DNA of 63,514 nt, the filler included, from Octopus bimaculoides (lineage: Eukaryota): assembly GCF_001194135.2 (NCBI RefSeq). It is 7 parts of 7 records of this genome, joined end to end, with 100 filler letters (N's around TTAATTAATTAA, not from the genome) between each part and the next. Parts side by side here need not be neighbours in the genome. Positions count along the whole stretch, not along the records: positions 57,575 to 62,280 come from NC_068994.1; positions 62,381 to 63,514 come from NC_068991.1; 5 more parts are not named here. One strand, written 5' to 3'. Made by a program: the position numbers and the translations under genes. Each line of letters starts with the position of its first letter. Position 1 is the first letter of the stretch. The notes below the pieces were generated by a model, which saw only the letters and a program-made list of their open reading frames with translations, did not search any database and was not told where the DNA came from. Positions 57,607-63,514 of this stretch are shown here, in pieces.

Positions 57607-58115
57607 GCATATATAAAGATATATATACATGTGTGTGTGTATTGTTGTAGAATGGTGTTAGGTGTAAGAAATGTGTCAAGAGAGGAGAGAAACGTGCTTA
57701 AGGTGTGTGTGATATGATTTAATGGATTGTTAATTGATGTGATGCGGTGTTGGCGGGAGCGATGGTGGGATGGCGATTGTGGCAGCGGTGGTGGTGCTGG
57801 TGGTGATTCTATAAAGAAGAAGTTATAAATATTATTGCAGGCTCCTGTTTGTCTTACACCAAGAACCTCTGCTTCTCATCATCGTCAACAATACCATCAC
57901 CACCGCCACCGCCACCTTCTCCAGGAAAGGCAACTAGCACTAACCCCTCCACCATCACCACTATCATATCTATAAACACCACCAACGCCACTGCCACACT
58001 TGTAACTGCCACGTGAATCAATAGGTTACGTACTTCGGTATTTCACTCCAAAGTAAAAATTAAGACATGTTCGTACAGATATGCATAAAATACAGAAATG
58101 TATAAATGGGTGTGT

Positions 58116-58176
<61 letters not shown>

Positions 58177-58484
58177 TGCGTGTGTGTGTAATTGTAGAAA
58201 TAAATATGTATGTCCACAGCGTCAAAAGAACTATGGGCACACGAATTGTAAACATTGTCAACGAGGGTCTGTTTCACACCGAACATAAAGGAATACTTTA
58301 AAAAAATATATGTAAAACCCAACATAATTAAATCGGATATGAAATGATAGTTGGTTAGATATATGTATGCATGGGAGTAGGGCTGTGTGTGTTTTTGTAC
58401 AGTTTTGTGTATGTGTATATGTACGTATATCAACACGAATTCGTACTTTGGTTTCAAGTTTTAGTGCGAGACCAGCAATTTCGA

Positions 58485-58650
58485 GGAAGTGGGTAAATTG
58501 ATTACACCGACCCCAGGACTTCACTGCTAATTATTTCATTGATCCCAAAATGAGTCAACCTTGGCGGAATTTGAACTCAGAACATAAAGACAGATGAAAG
58601 GCTGTCATGCGTTTTGCCTGACGCACCAACGATTCTGCCAGCTCGACACC
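58485..58650 (-). mobile_element. SINE-A fragment; another copy lies at about 59405-59620
   Basis: GTCAACCTTGGCGGAATTTGAACTCAGAAC...GATTCTGCCAGCTCG. Confidence 0.8.
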
Positions 58651-61600
58651 TTACATTCACGCATTACTTTATGAAAAGTTTACAAAAACTAAAACTAAAC
58701 AGCGTCTTGACGGTGGTATTATTGAGCAAAAGGGGCAAAATGAGTAACAGTGGTAAACTCACAAAGGATTGATATACTGTTGCTGCTGCTAATTTCTAAA
58801 TGTCTACCTATTTCCTAATATTGAAGATCACATGTGTTCTATTTCTGTCGGAAATAAATTCTACAGTAAACTGGAGAAGAAGGCTGCAGGCTTTCAGATT
58901 CCACTCCAGAATAACGATAAGAGATACTCTTCATTTCAAGCTGATCAATGCTTACGCCAACTTGCAAGGTAATCCTTTGGTGTAACTAATGCCTTAAGTT
59001 GTTTTCAAAGATTGGGGAGAGTATAGTTAGCGGTGCTATTATCGAAGGAGTTCACGCCATCTTGACAAAAATATTGCGGAGTAAGATGGACGCGAGGCTT
59101 TGTTTATTTCAAGCACGGAGAATGACACTCAGCATCACATTGAACAATGACAAATGTCTTCTTTTGTTAACTCATCAATTTGTTACATGGAATACAAAAG
59201 TAGAAAATAATCTCAAGTAACCTGGCCCAGAAAAAAATCGAGATCCCTCATTGATTATATAACACTAAGCAATATTAAACAACTACAACGACTATTAGGT
59301 TTGTTTGGTTACTACTAAAAATGGGGGCCTCTTCTTCTCGGAACTAGTTCAACTCCTGGTAAATCTTACTTCATCATTACAAACGACCCTCGTCTCCACT
59401 TCTAATTCTTTCAAATTTTGGTACAAGGCCAACAATTTTTAGGGTGGGGTTTTGTCGATTGCATCGACCTCAGTACTCAAAGGGTACTTTTTACATTGAC
59501 CCCGAAAGGATGGCAGGCAAAGTTGATCTCGGTGGAATTTGAACTCAGAACGTAAAGACGGACAAAAAGCCGCTAAGCATTTCTTCCGACGTACAAACAA
59601 TTCTGTCAGCTCACCTCCATACCTCCACTTCTAATTAAAACTTAAATACAAAAATGAAATTTGATAATTTTTCTAAATGTGTTTTGCTATAAAAATAAAA
59701 ACTATTTATCTGAAAGATATTTGCAAGAAAGTTAACGTATTATGATAAATGAACGACAAAATGTTACGTTGACTCACATGAGTTTAACATAACGAATGAT
59801 TGCTTGGCTTTACTGATTCTTGTATTTATTTCATGAATGCAGTCTCCGTCTATTGTTATTTTCGTACCTAGATAGTTAAATCCGTCAACACATGGTCTTA
59901 TGAGCTATAAATATCCCCGTGAAGAGATAAAAGTGGATGCATGGTCGCTGCTGAAGAAATACTCGGAACAAAACCAGGTCTTACAAATCTTCTTTAATCT
60001 CTCCATCCAGAGGTTTAAAAAGATTTCTCCACTTTTCAGTTGTACATAACCGACATACCTAAAACCTGTATTATTTACAAAGGTATACTTTTCCTTGCAC
60101 TCAAAATATAAATATCTCTCTACCTATTTATTTGACCGCGTCTTTATCTTTTTTTTTTAGTTCTTTTGTCCTTATATTTTCTCCTTTATATAGTTTTCGT
60201 TTTCTCATTGGTTGTGTCTTATTTAATATTAAAAAGTTTGGAATCTATTTCAATCATTTATAATATATCTTTTGTGTTAGATATGGTTTGTCATCCAGTT
60301 TAATAGCTACATTCTGTAGACCTGGTAAAATTGATAGACATACATAAAAATATATACACCATAGACACAGCGAAGAGAGCTAGGCGGATATATGGAAAAT
60401 GGATAGAAAGAAAGAAGAACAGACAGAAAGTGGACAAAAAAGAAAATAAAGAAAAATTAACAGGACAGACAGACTGAAAGACAGATAAACATATAAACAA
60501 GACGTATAGACAGGCAAAATAGTGAAAGAACGCGTGAAAAAGGCGATATAAAAGCAGAAATATAGTAACAAGACAATAGAGGCAGATATTAAAAGAAGAA
60601 TGAAGGAAGACAAATGAAAAGAAGAAAAAAAAAGAGAAATTTGTAAATCAAAATGACTGAAAGATGTGTGAATTTGATTGAAATAAAAGATATATTTCAC
60701 AGAACATTTGAAACGTAAGAATTAACCAACCCACACCATATTGTGAGACCGTCGCTATTTTCGTAGCTATGAAACCCGCCATTTTGTTTTCTTTACTCAA
60801 CATTTTTTAAAAATTTAATTTAAATTTTTTTTTTTTTTATAAAAGAGACACTTATATGATTTAAATTGTTCATTTCTTTGGCTTTCTCTTTCCATTAGAG
60901 ATTTCTGTTCGAATTATTTTTGCGTGCTTTTTTTTTATATTTCTTTGTCTCAATTTTTCTTTTCTTATTCTTCAATTTTTTTTATGTCATATATATGCGT
61001 GCGTGCGTGCGTGTATATGTATAAAGACAGAAAGAGCTCGAGAGAAAGCGAGAGAGATGGGGGAGAGACAGAGAGAGAGACAGAGACAGACAGACAGACA
61101 GAGAAAGAGAGAGACAGAGATTGGAATGCATATTTATACCTGTACTCATATTATGTGTGTGTATATGTCTGTGTGTGTGTTTTTTATTATTCTTATTTTT
61201 ACTTTTTCTCTTCGTGTTTCTTCTTTCAAAAATTTCACACTTTTTCTTCTCCTTTTTTATTACAAACTTTTTTTCCTTTTTGAACACCCAACATCCTTTT
61301 CTTCTTCTTCGTTTCCGTCTTCTTTATAATAACATCTTCCCTTTTCTTTCTCCCCTTGGCTTTCTTCTTCTTTCATTTCTTTCAACCTCATTTAACCTCA
61401 TTCATATAGTCTTTACAAATTCATGTCAGCACTGTCTGCAGACATTCATATACAGCTTCTTTTTGAGACATTGAATAGCGATGGTGGATCAGCGGGAAAG
61501 AAACCTTTAAGTAGTCGCACGATCTGCTACAAATGGCAGCCAAATCTACCTCAAAACCATCATCATCATCACTATCATCAACAATAGCAACAACAACAAC

Positions 61601-62380
61601 AATCTTAATATAACAGTTGACGAGGATTTTGACAGCCTGGCTCAGTTGGTGAGGGAACATGTTGGGTTATCCTTCCTTGCAGCCGAAATTCGTAAAAAAA
61701 ATTAATAAACCTCTGCTCCAGAAGATGCCAGCATTTGCCAGCTTCCAAAAGTGGAAGAATTACTTTATAGTGGAGGGAATATTTTGAAAATATTCGAAAG
61801 AAAGTATGTAGTTTTTTTTTCATTCGCAAAATATGCATTTTTTAAAAGAAAGTAAAAAATCTGAAAATCGGCTATAATAATAAAGTTTTCCAGTCTAATT
61901 GCTATGAAGGTATGATGTTGTAGAGAAAAAAATTGGAGGGAAAAGTTACAGAGGTTTAAAAATCGGAAAAACTGTGTATTTATAGCCAATAGCGAGACAG
62001 AAATTTTCTGCGTTTAGCGGAGCGGTATCAACTTTAAGGTTGTACCCTGTGAAATTTATAGTTTAGCGTCTATGAAATGACCTTTTCATTGTACGATTCT
62101 AAATAAACAGAAATATCTAATAAAATCAACATGTGTCATCTTACTGTTTCTTTTGTCTCTTCATTGTATGTTTTTTATTATTTTTTAAATTTGTAATATT
62201 AATATATTTGTCTGCATGCGTATTTCAGTATTGTAATTACCTATCATGTATTTGTGTACGTCACTAATATATAAGTGTGTNNNNNNNNNNNNNNNNNNNN
62301 NNNNNNNNNNNNNNNNNNNNNNNNTTAATTAATTAANNNNNNNNNNNNNNNNNNNNNNNNNNNNNNNNNNNNNNNNNNNN

Positions 62381-62690
62381 AGGGGCACTGGCAACGATCT
62401 CGCTTGAAAATCCTTACACATGTCACGGGCACAAGTGCCAGAAAGGCGACGCTGGGCACAAGGTGCTATCCCGATTTCGCTTTCGCTTACCTCAATAAGT
62501 CTTCGCAAGCTGTGTTTCGTGTCCAATGGAGACGACATTGGCACAGGTGCCAGTCGTCGAATTTAGTTCGATTTCACATGCCTCAACAAGTCTTTGCAAG
62601 CGGAGTTTAGTGTCCAATGTAGGAAAGGTACGCATAAGTGGGCTGGCTACACCCCTGGCAGAGGCCTTGGATTTAGGTCTCACTTGGCTT
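62381..62690 (-). mobile_element. SINE-C 5' region
   Basis: Shares TCTT(C/T)GCAAGCGGAGTTTAGTGTCCAATG and GTCGAATTTAGTTCGA with 11690-11820. Confidence 0.8.
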
Positions 62691-63409
62691 GTGTAATTCA
62701 TTTCCCAAATAAAGTGCTCTAATGAAACTCTAAGGTGTTAGTCAGACACTCAACTATGAATCCACTGCATCTTAGAGCAAAAACAGCTCTAAGCTAATGA
62801 AGTTCATAAGATAATTGTTTATTCATTTGTCATCTCACTTTCTTATGTGTGTGTGTATTTATATATATAAATGAGTGGATTTGGTAAACAAGAACTGCAT
62901 GAAGCCCATTGATTGTGTGTGTGTTTGTGCCTCCTTGTTTTGTGAATTATGTGATAGTTGTAAAAGAGTATGAATAGTAGGGGTAGGCTTGTAAGCCTAA
63001 ATAGTTAATAAATTTGGCCAAAAGGACTGAATAAGGATGTAGAGGAATGTGTTATGGACTCACTGAATAGATTGAAAGGTAGTGGCTAGCTTGTAAACAG
63101 TTAATCAGAACTACCATAAGAGTAAATAGTAACATGACCTAGTTCTTCTGAACTATGCCTATCTCTTGTCCAGTAAGGTCAAAATCAACCTATAGCTATT
63201 TTTAGAACAGAGTTCAAGATGCATATACGACAATTCAAACGGAATAAACTCTCCATCTGTTAGGATGTGAAAAATAGCAGTCAATTTGCCCTGAAGAGGT
63301 TTTTTGCTTTTTTCAACCTCATAATGCACTTAAATGTGTAAATATGGATAGGAGCAATGAACTGAAATGCAGTGTAGGCAACATGAATGAACTCATAAAT
63401 TTGATTGGA

Positions 63410-63514
63410 GCAATTAAGAGTATGAAGACCGGAAAAGCCCCCGGCCCATCAGGAATCACTGCAGAGATGCTCAAAATATCTGGCAGTGTTGGCTATAGCC
63501 TAGTCACTCGTATT
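63410..63514 (+). mobile_element. RTE-clade LINE RT N-terminal segment running off the window end
   Basis: AIKSMKTGKAPGPSGITAEMLKISGSVGYSLVTRI matches the K.GKAPGP.GI.AEMLK motif. Confidence 0.85.

Noticed and set aside
14556-61474. Numerous track ORFs rich in YI/CV/TH/poly-L/poly-I or X
   Set aside because: They are translations of (TA)n, (CA)n, (CATA)n, (TTC)n and (ATT)n microsatellites or N gaps, not genes.
61480-61805. Coding-looking segment ending AA|GTATGT
   Set aside because: It contains tandem in-frame stops, a repeat-family fragment and CAT/CAA microsatellites.

Overview
This is repeat-rich, AT-rich animal DNA, not prokaryotic. Its SINE families, microsatellite load and mariner/RTE remnants point to an Octopus assembly (inference from recognised repeat families). 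The window is a mosaic of contigs joined by sized gaps and by six 100-base pads containing the six-frame stop TTAATTAATTAA. Genes: (1) an intronless reading frame of more than 1,000 aa, open from before base 1 to 3276, built of tandem NHL-like beta-propeller modules; (2) a complete four-exon ribosomal protein L37 gene on the minus strand (CDS 14588 to 7259, 101 aa) that the ORF track misses, with a TCT/TOP-type start, an ETS motif and a poly(A) signal; (3) two spliceable plus-strand exons (40455-40515, 42322-42452) resembling the C-terminal half of HAX1; (4) several orphan candidate exons. The rest is tRNA-derived SINEs with interchangeable heads, bodies and tails, decayed LINEs (CR1/Jockey-like, RTE, R4/Dong-like), Tc1/mariner remnants, a solo LTR and MITEs. 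Most interesting non-coding observations: two minimal hammerhead-ribozyme loci (a near-intact motif at 57222-57276 on the minus strand, sharing its body with a tRNA-headed SINE, and a probably inactivated 3x50-bp array at 4001-4150), fold-back structures and a snoRNA-like duplication in RPL37 introns, an RTE-like 3' end with three C2H2-like fingers, and R4/Dong-like elements embedded in (TAA)n. Repeat boundaries were read by eye and are approximate unless a TSD or TIR is quoted. SINE family labels A-G are my own working names.
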